Below are positions 48,638 to 58,904 of a stretch of 64,000 nucleotides of DNA, piece after piece. Position numbers and translations under genes: made by a program. The first letter of the stretch is position 1, and every line of letters begins with the position of its first letter. Source of the stretch: a virus; the IMG/VR virus record IMGVR_UViG_3300029267_002434; one strand, 5' to 3'. Below the pieces are notes generated by a model, which saw only the letters and a list, made by a program, of their open reading frames with translations, did not search any database and had not been told where the DNA came from.

Positions 48638-51600
48638 CTACAGTCCTAATGCCTCGTCCAACCAATAATCGTCCGCAAAGCTCACAATATCTTCCCAGTC
48701 GTAAGTCGGTCCCGGGGCTCCATCATCTTCCCAATCCTCATAGATCCAAATCAGACTGGGGCGAAAAATGTAAGAAAGAGGAATTGCGTCGGCCTCAAAA
48801 GTAGACTCAGTAGGCCCCCACACCTCCCCATCTGCATCCATTATCTGTACATCCACGGTATTCGCAGTTGCATCGACCTGGATCAATATGAACCCTCCGG
48901 CCTGTCCCGGATCAATCTCGTTACTAAATATTCCATCGTTCACAGGATCTATTCCATAGCCTCTGTATATCTTAAAGAGGCAATTGGCTGTTCCTATGTC
49001 TTTGTCAAGGGTCAGTGTAGAATTACTATCTACATTGGTCACATGAGCGAACCACCGGATGTCCGAGCCCTGCTTCACCATTGCAATATCGTTGACCTCC
49101 ACGGTGGAGGCAAAGTTTTGGTCGCTATCATAAAGTTTATAAGATGCCCCACTCTCTGTAATACCATTGTCCACTAACGTCATAGAGTGCGGATAGAACG
49201 CTAATTCATCCCTTTCTATATGACCGCTATCATCCAAATCTATTCCCCAATCAGTAAACCCAAATGTATAGTTAGGGCCAAGCGGTCCTGGATCTAACTG
49301 GAGATAAAAGTCATCCGTATGGGTAGCGTCGTCGATCGCTCGATAATGCCTGTCTCCGACCAAATAGAAGATATTAGGCACCGGGGAAAGTTTATTCATA
49401 GAGTATTCCCGGCACCCGGAAGCTTTCCAAAACCTATTGTAATCATACGGCGTTTCTCCTGAAGTGGTGGTATTATTCGCCATAAAAGGCTTGCCCGATG
49501 GGGCTACCGTAATGGCCTGTGTTCCACTCGCGGTACTTAGAGCGCAATCCGTGTATTCATAAACCACCTCGTCTACAAACTCCCCATGAATCACGCTATG
49601 CCAACCGGGACAGTCAGGATGGTAAGGATCAATATACATCTCGGTGTAGAATGACAGCGTGTAAATCCCGTCTCCATTGTCGACCACATCCTTGATTCGC
49701 GCCCTCGCTCCAGACGATCCTCCCAATACATAATTCCCCAAGTCAAAATCCGCGTCTCCTCCTGAAATTGATTGGATATCTAACTTGGTCAGCAGAGGCG
49801 TGGAATAAAGGTCACTATCATACGTGGCAGATCCCTCTTTCGCCAGCTCTGCACTATTGCCGTAACAGACCCCATCCCTGTCTGGAATAGCGTCGTGCCA
49901 GCGGCCAGCGTTATGTTTGATGTTCGTGTCCGACAATATAAACTTGGCCAGCGCGGTCGTGTTATTCAGAGTGTTCTCCGTCCATGTCCTTTGGATATGC
50001 CCAGCCTCATGCGCCTCTGCTAAAGTATCATAAGCAGTCCCTCCTGCTTCGTTTATCACAAATGTACTCCCAGCCTCGTCCGCTATATCTCGATTAAGCG
50101 TGAGTGTCTCATCGTCATCTACTGTTTTTATATGCGCGTAATAATCTATCGTATCTGCTTTTGTTACAATTACCACATCGCCTACATTAACAGTCGAAGT
50201 AAAGTTCTGCAATGCTTCATAAAGCTTGAACGCGGAGGGCTGGGTCCCTACCGTTCCTGCGTCTTTATAACCTGATTCATAAGCCGTCCCATCATAATAG
50301 TCACAGCCCGGAGTCGCTACTGGATCGCTCTTCAAACGCGTATCTGTTACAAGAAACTCAGCCACATTTCCAAACTCTCGACTATGCCATATCCCAGCGC
50401 GGGACACCCGAAACTCATCGCCCACTTCCCAATCCAGAGCTTCTCCATGAAAATCTATACACTGTCCATTTACAGTTATAGTATCACCAGACGCAGACTC
50501 TGCGAAAGACACTGCATTCTTGGTAAGATTATGCACCGCCATTCCCTTCGCCACCCAATCATCTGTGGAAGAATCCCCAAATGTGCGCCCATTATCACTA
50601 ATGGTATAAGGGGTCCCAGTGGATGCAGAAGACACCACGCCGTCTGTAAGATCAGCCCAATACGTTCCTTCATAATCCGGCGACAGTTTGTAATCCCCGT
50701 TCGAATCCTGCGGAAAGGGAGTGTACTCTTTGTTCCCTTGCATGCCTATGTACGTTCTTAGATAAGTGGGCCGGTTCTTGAGGAACTTGTATGCTCCAGT
50801 TTTGGAAGCATCGTTGGCGAAATAATCATGGTCAGAATAGTCCTTTATGTAGGGCCACCGGGACCGTGTCTCGGTATAAGTGAACCGCTTGTTTTGAAAC
50901 CCTACAGTAGACTTCCACATATAGCGATTCGCGTACAATACGTCTCCTGGGTCTGGAACTTCGTCCCCCAATAGTAGAAAAAACGAACCATCATTGGCAG
51001 CTAACTGGGATCCTATTTGTGTCCAGGTACCAGGAGAATCAATGCCATGAGAATCCGATCCTACTACGAACGCAAGAGTGTCACTATAAGTAGAAGCAGG
51101 AAAAGTTTTGGTGGCTAGTAAATTATTGGTCATATCAGCCCAGACAGGATTACTGGTTTCTAACGAATCCATACTCCCCTCGAACCGAGCCATTGAGTAG
51201 TAGTTGGCAGCGTTCTCCCCCTTTATCAAAACATCATAGTAAACAACGGTATTATAAAGACCATCGCCTGAATAACTTACAGTATGCGAATCCCCATTAG
51301 TATCGGTTACGCTTTGTCCTTCCAAGATATTGACCTGGAAAGTATAGTCGCTGCTAGAGGAGAGCAGGGAACTTGCCGCTGTTGTCCACGTACTGCCTGT
51401 GTTATCCTCAACTCCGCCCTCTGACAATCCGTACCGGACCTTTATATAAGCTGGACCTGATGCCCTGGCCTTTATGCCTATTCCATCCGTCCAAGCGGTG
51501 GTGCCTATGAAATGAGATATATATTCCTGATTGCTTCCAGCTGATACAGCCTGTCCGTATGTTTCCGAAATCTCACCGCCGCCATCGGAAAAGTCATCTT

Positions 51601-54600
51601 CAAACCGCGTCTCTGGGCAGGTCTTGAACCCATAAAGCCAACTGTCTGCTTCACTCCAAGTCAGCGCCGTTCTCAGATTTTCAGTATCCCAATCGGATGC
51701 TACAGGAACTCGACGTACTAATTCATACCGGTTGTTCTTAGGATTCTCTGGAAATGCGGAACTGAAAGTCAGGGTATCTGAATCATTACTGGCCACTTCC
51801 TTGATCTCATCCGCATCTACTTCGCCACTATCATCCGTATCGCATCGAACGAGCCACCCAGCATATTCATTGTCGCTCCATTCTCCTCTGTCTTGCTCAT
51901 TGCCTACTTGAATATCATTGTCTTCGATGGCCGTGGTGGTACTGTCCCCATCAGCCCACCTCTTTGCAAACTGATCATAGTCGAAAAGGTTCAGAGTTTC
52001 ATTCTGTCGAATATCAAAGTAGGCCCCCTCATATATATACTGCCCTTCAATTCCCATTAAGGGCATCAGCTTAGCAACTGTAATAGTATTTGCAAGCGTA
52101 TCAAAATCCATTACATAACCGCCGATACCAGTATCAGTTCGTACTACATCCAGTTTGTCCAACCTGCTCTCAAACAGACCATTCGGATTATATCTAAGGT
52201 TATTAATGGCAGGATAACGATCCACTTCCCGATACATCCATTCAAAATCAGTCCCGACCCATACCGGGAGCTGGGGATGGATCCATTGTTGGTTTAGGGT
52301 GTCTTGCTCATGATAGTACCCCACTACAAGCCTGTGGTCGATAACGCCTACCTCCTTGGCCTTGAAGAACATACGCAGCGCCTTAATATCTCCCAAGTGG
52401 GCGGGAGCTGATGGATCCACTACCAAGGTATCCTCCATGCTAAAGAAGCCCTGAGTCTCCTGCGCATTGAAGAAATAAGTAGAGTCATCCCCATCCGCAA
52501 GCAGATTCTCTGGACCTAATGGAGGGAAGCTTGAAGTGGTTAGGAATATATCATCTTGCCACCATTGAAAACCACCCTCTGGATCCTCTAAGATTCCAAA
52601 CCGAACTCCCTCCACATAAGAGGAGCTAGATGTGATGGTCCCAGTATAATCAAAGGACATGTCCATATCATCATCTATTGGCTCTACCAATATGTTAAAA
52701 CCCACATCGCTCCCAGCTTGCCATTCTACCCTAATCAAATAAGTAGTAGTTGCATGATCGATCGTACCCGACTCAGGGTAGGTGTACACTTTCGTATCGC
52801 CCTGATAAAAATGAATTTGGTTTTCTCCGTCCGCGCTCCCCGGAGCCCCAATTCGTGCGGTCCAACAGTCTCCTGCGTCTCCTACCAATTGAGCTATCTT
52901 GATATCGTCTGTGCCATTAGTAGCCACGAATATGGCCTTGAAGCTGGTATAAACATGCGTAGGCAAGGGGTCGGTATTGAAATGGGCAGTATCTTGTAGG
53001 TATACATAAGCATCATCCTCCACCGTCCCTCCGCCGGTGTTATAACGAGCGCTGTACTGACCATTAATTATTACATCAGTCCAGGTGACATTCACTGAAG
53101 CGTTAGCCGATGGCTTAGTCCAAGCTGGGTTTGACATCCCATTATCATCATGATAGGCCCGGGCATCGAAATCTTCGTAAACTAAAACGTCTGTCTCACT
53201 ACCATCCAATGTCGGCCACCACCCAAGCGCGAAGTAAGGCTCCACCGCTACATTTTGCTTGACCATACCAGCAGGACCCGGCTGTTCTGAATTACTGTAA
53301 TCCCATTCATCATGATACAATATAGTAGGAACATTATTACACGCATCGCAATCGGTTAAGTCTCGAACACCATATCTAAGAAAATCTGGGGACGCTCCTC
53401 CCGACAAACCTGTGGCAGAATAATTTATGATTCTATTATAAATTCCATTATTGCAAGTAAATGCTTGGATACTGCAAGCAGTCTCTGTATAAGATATCTG
53501 AGCATAAATCCAAGTGCCATCTGGAATAATAGCGCTTTCCGTTGGATTGTTATTTGGGGTATGGGACGTATGGTAATCTTCGAAATAAAGCTCCAGGTTC
53601 CCCCCAGACATTTCCATAGTTGCTCTTACTGCTAGGTCTGTAGTAGAACTATTAAGCAGCAAAAAAGGTCTGAAGTGCTCCCCTTCCGATAAATCAGTTT
53701 GAGATACCCTCCAGTACCCCCTCCAATACTCTTGCGTGCTACCAGCGTCAATATCAGCGTGTGCCGTTTTTCCTACCGATGATGCTTTAAGATCGCATGT
53801 ATCTCCTAATCCAGTAGGACGCTCGGTTCCAATGTTCCATAATTCGGAATAGTTTATATCAGAAATAGTACTAGACGAACAAAACGCATCATCGCAAAAA
53901 GAATCACAACAGTCAATATCCCCATCCCCATCATTGTCGAACGTATCGCAGCAATTATCATTGAATGAGGCTTCATCTTCGCAAACATAACCATCAGACC
54001 CGTGTTCCACCCCTTCGCAATTAGGATCAGCGCAGTCTTTCCCATTTTCTCCGTCATTGTCAATCCCATCGCTACAAAGAGCCGGTGTGTTCTCGATTGT
54101 AGGAGTGTTGTTCTCTTCAACGGCCATATCCCAAAAGCTACCGGAGGGAGTTGGATCGTTCTGATTGTTGTAACAAGTATACACCCATTCATCCGATTTA
54201 AACTCATTCAATATAATTATTTCATCAATATCTCCTTCCCAATCATAGTTGGTACTGTTAAGCCCATTGCCTATATTCCTTATTCCTAAAAAAGTATTCA
54301 TCGATAACGATCCAGAACTTTTTTCATCGTTTAAAAAACAGTACCACGTATCGGAAGCCGTTCTAGTAATTGCAGCAAAGGCCCAGTCTGCTCCTATAGA
54401 CTCTGTTGAAAAATTGTAAGTGTTTTGATTACCGCTAGTTTGAAGCCTGAACTCATCATCGTTAGACCAAGTTGCTATATAACTATCCTCATCCGCTCCT
54501 TGATACCCCAGTAGACTGTCAGTACTAGAAAAAGCTCCACTTGGACACTCAAACCAAATCATCAAAGTACCGCCTTGGTCAGCGCCGCTGCCCCCTACAT

Positions 54601-55189
54601 AAATTGTGGATGCTGGTGCGATATCAAAAGTCGCAACATCTGTTGGGAAACTTTGACACCCATCGATTTGTCCGGTGGGATCCAGGGAAATAGTTCCTGT
54701 CTCACTAAAACTAATATTGTTGGTAGAATCCTCTGCGACCCCCGATTCTTCCATATGCATAACCAATTGGTATTCCCCGTCCCAAGTCGCGGTTGTGTCC
54801 TGCCGATCGGTAGTCTGATTGGAGTTTCCATAATAAAGGTATAGAGTGGTATCACTAGAGGAGGAAAGATTGTCAACCTCAATCCAAAGAGTGGTATCTA
54901 TCTGCGAGTTCCCAGTATCCCGATAGAAATAAGAACGCTCGTAAGCCAGCTCCGTTGAATCATCTCCAGCTATGATCGCAATATCGTATCCGCTTGTGCT
55001 GGTGAGATGACTATATAGATCAGAGTCATTCTGTATTTGTAGAACTACCACATAATTCCCTGTAACCTCTACCAACGAAGAACTTACTGTAAGTTCTTTT
55101 CGGTAGTCCCAATTGGTATCCCACCAGGCCTGGGCGAGAGAAGGGAACATTATTATAATCAACGATACCAACAAGAGCACTCTTTTCAT
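48638..55189 (-). CDS. giant secreted multidomain protein (~2183 aa), collinear paralogue of 42320..48634
   Basis: The start at ATG 55189 (MKRVLLLVSLIIIMFPSLAQA-WW) abuts the upstream stop at 55191. It has the same domain order as its paralogue: YRKELTV...TLYLYYGNSN, LamG-like, ALCSDGIDNDGENGKDCADPNC...DNDGDGDIDCCDSFC, FVVGSDSHG, LLLGDEVPD, DYSDHDYFANDA, FLVTDTRLKSDP and YLVGDRHYRAID. Confidence 0.8.
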   Translation of the reverse strand: MKRVLLLVSLIIIMFPSLAQAWWDTNWDYRKELTVSSSLVEVTGNYVVVLQIQNDSDLYSHLTSTSGYDIAIIAGDDSTELAYERSYFYRDTGNSQIDTTLWIEVDNLSSSSDTTLYLYYGNSNQTTDRQDTTATWDGEYQLVMHMEESGVAEDSTNNISFSETGTISLDPTGQIDGCQSFPTDVATFDIAPASTIYVGGSGADQGGTLMIWFECPSGAFSSTDSLLGYQGADEDSYIATWSNDDEFRLQTSGNQNTYNFSTESIGADWAFAAITRTASDTWYCFLNDEKSSGSLSMNTFLGIRNIGNGLNSTNYDWEGDIDEIIILNEFKSDEWVYTCYNNQNDPTPSGSFWDMAVEENNTPTIENTPALCSDGIDNDGENGKDCADPNCEGVEHGSDGYVCEDEASFNDNCCDTFDNDGDGDIDCCDSFCDDAFCSSSTISDINYSELWNIGTERPTGLGDTCDLKASSVGKTAHADIDAGSTQEYWRGYWRVSQTDLSEGEHFRPFLLLNSSTTDLAVRATMEMSGGNLELYFEDYHTSHTPNNNPTESAIIPDGTWIYAQISYTETACSIQAFTCNNGIYNRIINYSATGLSGGASPDFLRYGVRDLTDCDACNNVPTILYHDEWDYSNSEQPGPAGMVKQNVAVEPYFALGWWPTLDGSETDVLVYEDFDARAYHDDNGMSNPAWTKPSANASVNVTWTDVIINGQYSARYNTGGGTVEDDAYVYLQDTAHFNTDPLPTHVYTSFKAIFVATNGTDDIKIAQLVGDAGDCWTARIGAPGSADGENQIHFYQGDTKVYTYPESGTIDHATTTYLIRVEWQAGSDVGFNILVEPIDDDMDMSFDYTGTITSSSSYVEGVRFGILEDPEGGFQWWQDDIFLTTSSFPPLGPENLLADGDDSTYFFNAQETQGFFSMEDTLVVDPSAPAHLGDIKALRMFFKAKEVGVIDHRLVVGYYHEQDTLNQQWIHPQLPVWVGTDFEWMYREVDRYPAINNLRYNPNGLFESRLDKLDVVRTDTGIGGYVMDFDTLANTITVAKLMPLMGIEGQYIYEGAYFDIRQNETLNLFDYDQFAKRWADGDSTTTAIEDNDIQVGNEQDRGEWSDNEYAGWLVRCDTDDSGEVDADEIKEVASNDSDTLTFSSAFPENPKNNRYELVRRVPVASDWDTENLRTALTWSEADSWLYGFKTCPETRFEDDFSDGGGEISETYGQAVSAGSNQEYISHFIGTTAWTDGIGIKARASGPAYIKVRYGLSEGGVEDNTGSTWTTAASSLLSSSSDYTFQVNILEGQSVTDTNGDSHTVSYSGDGLYNTVVYYDVLIKGENAANYYSMARFEGSMDSLETSNPVWADMTNNLLATKTFPASTYSDTLAFVVGSDSHGIDSPGTWTQIGSQLAANDGSFFLLLGDEVPDPGDVLYANRYMWKSTVGFQNKRFTYTETRSRWPYIKDYSDHDYFANDASKTGAYKFLKNRPTYLRTYIGMQGNKEYTPFPQDSNGDYKLSPDYEGTYWADLTDGVVSSASTGTPYTISDNGRTFGDSSTDDWVAKGMAVHNLTKNAVSFAESASGDTITVNGQCIDFHGEALDWEVGDEFRVSRAGIWHSREFGNVAEFLVTDTRLKSDPVATPGCDYYDGTAYESGYKDAGTVGTQPSAFKLYEALQNFTSTVNVGDVVIVTKADTIDYYAHIKTVDDDETLTLNRDIADEAGSTFVINEAGGTAYDTLAEAHEAGHIQRTWTENTLNNTTALAKFILSDTNIKHNAGRWHDAIPDRDGVCYGNSAELAKEGSATYDSDLYSTPLLTKLDIQSISGGDADFDLGNYVLGGSSGARARIKDVVDNGDGIYTLSFYTEMYIDPYHPDCPGWHSVIHGEFVDEVVYEYTDCALSTASGTQAITVAPSGKPFMANNTTTSGETPYDYNRFWKASGCREYSMNKLSPVPNIFYLVGDRHYRAIDDATHTDDFYLQLDPGPLGPNYTFGFTDWGIDLDDSGHIERDELAFYPHSMTLVDNGITESGASYKLYDSDQNFASTVEVNDIAMVKQGSDIRWFAHVTNVDSNSTLTLDKDIGTANCLFKIYRGYGIDPVNDGIFSNEIDPGQAGGFILIQVDATANTVDVQIMDADGEVWGPTESTFEADAIPLSYIFRPSLIWIYEDWEDDGAPGPTYDWEDIVSFADDYWLDEALGL

Positions 55190-55190
55190 T

Positions 55191-55700
55191 CTACAATACT
55201 CCTTCGAAGACGATCTCAAAATTTCTCCAGCGGTGCCATTCGTCCGATAAAGTATCTGGACAGGTCCCAGCCCACCATCGGTGCCGAGCACCTACATAAT
55301 ACTCAGTCTTGGCGACGAGTTCAGAACAAACGGGCATGCCCGTAAAGCTTAGATATTTCGCAAGAGGAGGTACGACATGGAGGGGAAGTCTCCACCATGG
55401 ATAAATGTCCCCTACGTGGTCTAGGAGCATTAAAAAAGCCTTTTCCCATCTGCGTTCCTCCAGCTCAGTGTATCGAGCGATCACCACCTGGCGACCAGTA
55501 TAGCGCTCAAATAGATTATTGACCTCAACTTTCCAGAGGCTTTCTATCATATCTCCCTCGGGATTTATGATAATCCCAGCATGGGTATAAAGACTCTGGT
55601 TGTCCCTGCTATTCCACTTTTGGACAGCACTAATCCCGCAACCGAGAACGGCTGAGGGATTAGCGGTCGCAAAGAAATCGCAATGTTTAAGATCAATCAT
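55191..55700 (-). CDS. permuted papain-like (NlpC/P60 superfamily, YiiX/C92-like) hydrolase
   Basis: YTHAGIIINPEGDMIESLWKV (His region) precedes MPVCSELVAK (Cys region). This is the permuted order typical of the YaeF/YiiX family. Confidence 0.45.
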   Translation of the reverse strand: MIDLKHCDFFATANPSAVLGCGISAVQKWNSRDNQSLYTHAGIIINPEGDMIESLWKVEVNNLFERYTGRQVVIARYTELEERRWEKAFLMLLDHVGDIYPWWRLPLHVVPPLAKYLSFTGMPVCSELVAKTEYYVGARHRWWAGTCPDTLSDEWHRWRNFEIVFEGVL

Positions 55701-55900
55701 TTCTTGGTCTCTTCAAGAGCAGCCTTGATCTTCTCAGCCTTATGGCCTACTCCCAAGACGCCCAAAGCTCCAGCGGCTGCAAACAGCGCGTTAGCTATGT
55801 CCGACTGCCCTAAAATCTGAAGAATCACGCCCCCTAAAGCAACTAAGAATGAGGTCTTCACTTTCCATCCGCCAATCGGAATTTGTTTAGGAATCGACAT
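55697..55900 (-). CDS. small two-TM membrane protein (holin-like)
   Basis: TSFLVALGGVILQILG and ALFAAAGALGVLGVG are hydrophobic segments, followed by a charged C-terminus. Its stop overlaps the start of the hydrolase gene. Confidence 0.45.
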   Translation of the reverse strand: MSIPKQIPIGGWKVKTSFLVALGGVILQILGQSDIANALFAAAGALGVLGVGHKAEKIKAALEETKK

Positions 55901-55913
55901 TTAGATCACCTCC

Positions 55914-56321
55914 TTATTGCGGTTCGGTTGGTATCGTAATAGTAAAGGGCGGCGGCGCCAGGAAGTCAAGTACCGTACTCACCTCATTGCTCTTCTCGCT
56001 CTCATTACCGCTTTCATCGTAAGCCGTAGCGACAAAGTAATAAGTAGTCTCATCCTCATCCGGAGCCGTAATAGAGTTTTCAGAAGTATAAGTAGTCTGC
56101 CCTTCCACATAGGGAACGTCTACAACAAGATCGGGGCTATCTGCACCGAGAGCCTGTCCGTCAGCAGTCAGGCTGGCGTAAATCCGGAATCCCGCTAGAT
56201 CCGCTGGAGGGCTGGGATAATCCCACTGGAGGGCCACCGGTTCGCTTCCGGCGAAAGCGGTAGGCGCGAATATGCAAAACAGGATGGCAAAAATACTTAA
56301 AATACCTACGAATTTTTTCAT
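55914..56321 (-). CDS. secreted FN3/Ig-like small protein
   Basis: ATG 56321 follows GAAGGAG. The signal peptide is MKKFVGILSIFAILFCIFAPTAFA. The LQWDYPSPPADLAGFRIY...YYFVATAYDESGNESEKS pattern is FN3-like. Confidence 0.55.
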   Translation of the reverse strand: MKKFVGILSIFAILFCIFAPTAFAGSEPVALQWDYPSPPADLAGFRIYASLTADGQALGADSPDLVVDVPYVEGQTTYTSENSITAPDEDETTYYFVATAYDESGNESEKSNEVSTVLDFLAPPPFTITIPTEPQ

Positions 56322-56536
56322 TGGTAATACTCCTTCTTCTGAGTTTCGAGTGCTCATCGCACTCCTGTAAAAGATCTAAATCACGTTCTATTCGTTTGCG
56401 AAGCCCACTACCGCAATCATCACCTCCTTTCAATTGCAAATAAGCGTGAATCGCCAGTAGGTCTTCTTTTAATTCTAGTATACGCACTGTGCCCCTCTAA
56501 AATAGTATACCTAGCAGGGGAGTTTTTTACAATAAC

Positions 56537-57250
56537 TTATCGCCAGTACTTTTTAATCCAAGGGAATTCTTTACAGATCTGCCGCTGGGACGGGTCGTAA
56601 ACCCCATTGAAGAAAACCACCCGAGTGTTACTTGGCAAAGGCCTCGCTCCTTTTCGAAACTTCCTGAACAAATAAATCCCTTCGTCCCCCGGCTCCCAAA
56701 CCGGCTCGTCTTTGAGGACATGACTGATATAGGCCTGGTCTGTGCCTACAAACTTAGTTTTCCTACGAGTTCGAGGAGAACGCACCCGTTCCAATTCTTT
56801 GGCCTTCATCGGATCAAAATCATCCCAAACCTCTTTCCGCGCTCCAGCCCTGAGCATGAATAGCGTACCGGAATAGAATGTTCTGGGATTGGTACCTTTG
56901 AGCGCCTTGAAATCCGGGCGCTGATCGAATAAATCTGAAATGTCTCTGAGTATAACACAGTCCAGATCGATAGAGACAATATAATCCCCAATTTGATCCT
57001 TCATTTCCTCCGAGAAGATCTTGAGTCTCCGGTAACACCCTCCCATATCCGCATAGTCATCCCACAGAGGAATGCAGTTTACCGAGTCCTCGACACCCTC
57101 CGGGTCATCAGTAATACAATGGAATTGGTAGGGTATGCTAAGATTTCTACTCAACATATGCCCAAGCCGATTCACATGCGTACTTGTAAACAAGAGCTTT
57201 TTCTTAGGGTGAAGACCAGCATCCCACTTCCAGCAGACTATATTGATCAT
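56537..57250 (-). CDS. GT-A-like (DxD) glycosyltransferase-like protein, paralogue of 37191..37904
   Basis: See 37191..37904. The DxD candidate is SIDLDCVIL. Confidence 0.45.
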   Translation of the reverse strand: MINIVCWKWDAGLHPKKKLLFTSTHVNRLGHMLSRNLSIPYQFHCITDDPEGVEDSVNCIPLWDDYADMGGCYRRLKIFSEEMKDQIGDYIVSIDLDCVILRDISDLFDQRPDFKALKGTNPRTFYSGTLFMLRAGARKEVWDDFDPMKAKELERVRSPRTRRKTKFVGTDQAYISHVLKDEPVWEPGDEGIYLFRKFRKGARPLPSNTRVVFFNGVYDPSQRQICKEFPWIKKYWR

Positions 57251-57981
57251 ACGACCCTCTCGTACGGCGTTTGCAAGGTCATGATTCCTCTGCCCGTCTG
57301 CTTCTTCATAGCCTTGATTTCAGCTTTTTTCCTATTATTCTCATCACCCTTCAAAATCATACGGTCGCGGGGCACACTGGAATCAGGAATGATCTCCCTG
57401 GGATAACGGACCAACGGAACCTCCAACCGGATCCTTTGGCCCCCTGTAAGTTTCAACAGCCGATTGACTTTCTTATTATAACTAGGAGAGGGCCAGTCCG
57501 CCGTTCCGTAGGTCCCAGCGAAGTCCTCATCATAACCTCCTATTCGCCAATACATCTTTCTGGTCATAAAATAAGAATCGTTGTGTGGTTTGTACGGGGT
57601 TTTATCAGGCGCGTCTACCCTCTCGAACTGATAGATATTGTTCGGATCAAACTCACCTCGCAACAATGTCGTATAAGTTTCCAGTGGAACCAAGTGGTCC
57701 ATATCTGAAACCATCAGCCATCCGTCATCAGCATGATACGCCCCTACGTTCCTAGCCATCCGCCAATTCCAATCAATGTGCTCCTTAATGCGGTAGACCC
57801 TGTGCTTGACCATACACGGGGCGCTTTTGAATACTTCTGCCGCCGGAGTTTCGTTCGAGCAATCGTCTGTGACTATCACTTCGAGTTGGGAACCGAAAGG
57901 ATAGGCGTTCCAAGTATCGATATGCTCTCGTAGCATCCCAGGATTGTTCCAATACGAATACACAAATGTGAAAGAGTTCAT
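57247..57981 (-). CDS. family 2 glycosyltransferase (GT2, GT-A fold)
   Basis: FTFVYSYWNNPGMLREHIDTWNAY...LEVIVTDDCSNE is the classic GT2 N-terminus. VSDMDHLV is the DxD-like motif. Confidence 0.7.
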   Translation of the reverse strand: MNSFTFVYSYWNNPGMLREHIDTWNAYPFGSQLEVIVTDDCSNETPAAEVFKSAPCMVKHRVYRIKEHIDWNWRMARNVGAYHADDGWLMVSDMDHLVPLETYTTLLRGEFDPNNIYQFERVDAPDKTPYKPHNDSYFMTRKMYWRIGGYDEDFAGTYGTADWPSPSYNKKVNRLLKLTGGQRIRLEVPLVRYPREIIPDSSVPRDRMILKGDENNRKKAEIKAMKKQTGRGIMTLQTPYERVV

Positions 57982-58904
57982 TATTTTACCCCCGAGTAGA
58001 AAAACGTGAAGTCCTGTTCGTAGATCTCCCTGACTATCTTTTGCTCCTCCGGCCCATAGTATTCTTTCCAGGGCTTGCGCTCCGAACGAGCATTGATTCC
58101 TTTTTCAGGCAAAGGAATTTGCATCCCAGTGTACGAAGCAACCTGATGCCAAGTTTTATCCAATTGCTCCAACTTTAAAACTAGGGACGGCGCTATTCGC
58201 CACCGGCCCTTTTTATCGAGAAAACAAATGTAATAAAATTGAGGAATAAAATGGTAGTTGTACCTCTCAATAGGTTGATCTCTGAGGAAACGAACGAACT
58301 CCGGGAACTCCATACCGGAAGTTGGAAGCCCTGTGGGATCCTCCTCCTGCTTAGTAGGCGCGTATACTTTATCATACCATGCAGAAACCAATCGTGCGTA
58401 AGGATTACGAACCACTGCAATCGATCGATAACTACGGCGCTGCCAATAAAACATTGCGCCCATGTCTATATATGGAATCTCTCCTCGTTCATCCTGGCGC
58501 AAAGCATCCTTTCTAAGCACATCATTATCTGGATAGTACCCCCACCCCTTAGCAAAGGCGTTCTTCAAAGCAGTAGAAGCATTCTTAGGGATCGCCATGA
58601 AGATTGTACGGTGTTTGTGGGATAGCATATTATTCCGTTTGATATTCATCATCCGCGCATCATTGTAAAAATCACTCCTTTCACTCACCCACTTCTCTTC
58701 ATTGTATTCTTTTAATTTAGCAACGATCCGCTTGGCCATCGTAACGCCTATTCGGATCTTTGTTTCTAACTCCTCAGTCTCCGGCGAGTCATCTAAGGTC
58801 TGTACAATTTTCCACATCTCCCTAAAATTTTCGCATATGGTATACCTACTGCCTCCCTGTAACAACTCCTCCAGAGAACAAGGTTCATGTTTATGAAGCG
58901 CCAT
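57981..58904 (-). CDS. sulfotransferase (Sulfotransfer_2-like, carbohydrate sulfotransferase type)
   Basis: The 5'-PSB motif is IFMAIPKNASTALKNAF. The 3'-PB motif is VVRNPYARLVSAWYDKV. Confidence 0.65.
   Translation of the reverse strand: MALHKHEPCSLEELLQGGSRYTICENFREMWKIVQTLDDSPETEELETKIRIGVTMAKRIVAKLKEYNEEKWVSERSDFYNDARMMNIKRNNMLSHKHRTIFMAIPKNASTALKNAFAKGWGYYPDNDVLRKDALRQDERGEIPYIDMGAMFYWQRRSYRSIAVVRNPYARLVSAWYDKVYAPTKQEEDPTGLPTSGMEFPEFVRFLRDQPIERYNYHFIPQFYYICFLDKKGRWRIAPSLVLKLEQLDKTWHQVASYTGMQIPLPEKGINARSERKPWKEYYGPEEQKIVREIYEQDFTFFYSGVK

Noticed and set aside
56161-56487. 108-aa minus-strand ORF
   Set aside because: Its last ~160 nt overlap the FN3 gene, which has an SD, a signal peptide and domain support, in another frame. 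The C-terminal translation is Arg/Ser/Pro-rich noise. I kept it only as a note under the promoter-gap finding.
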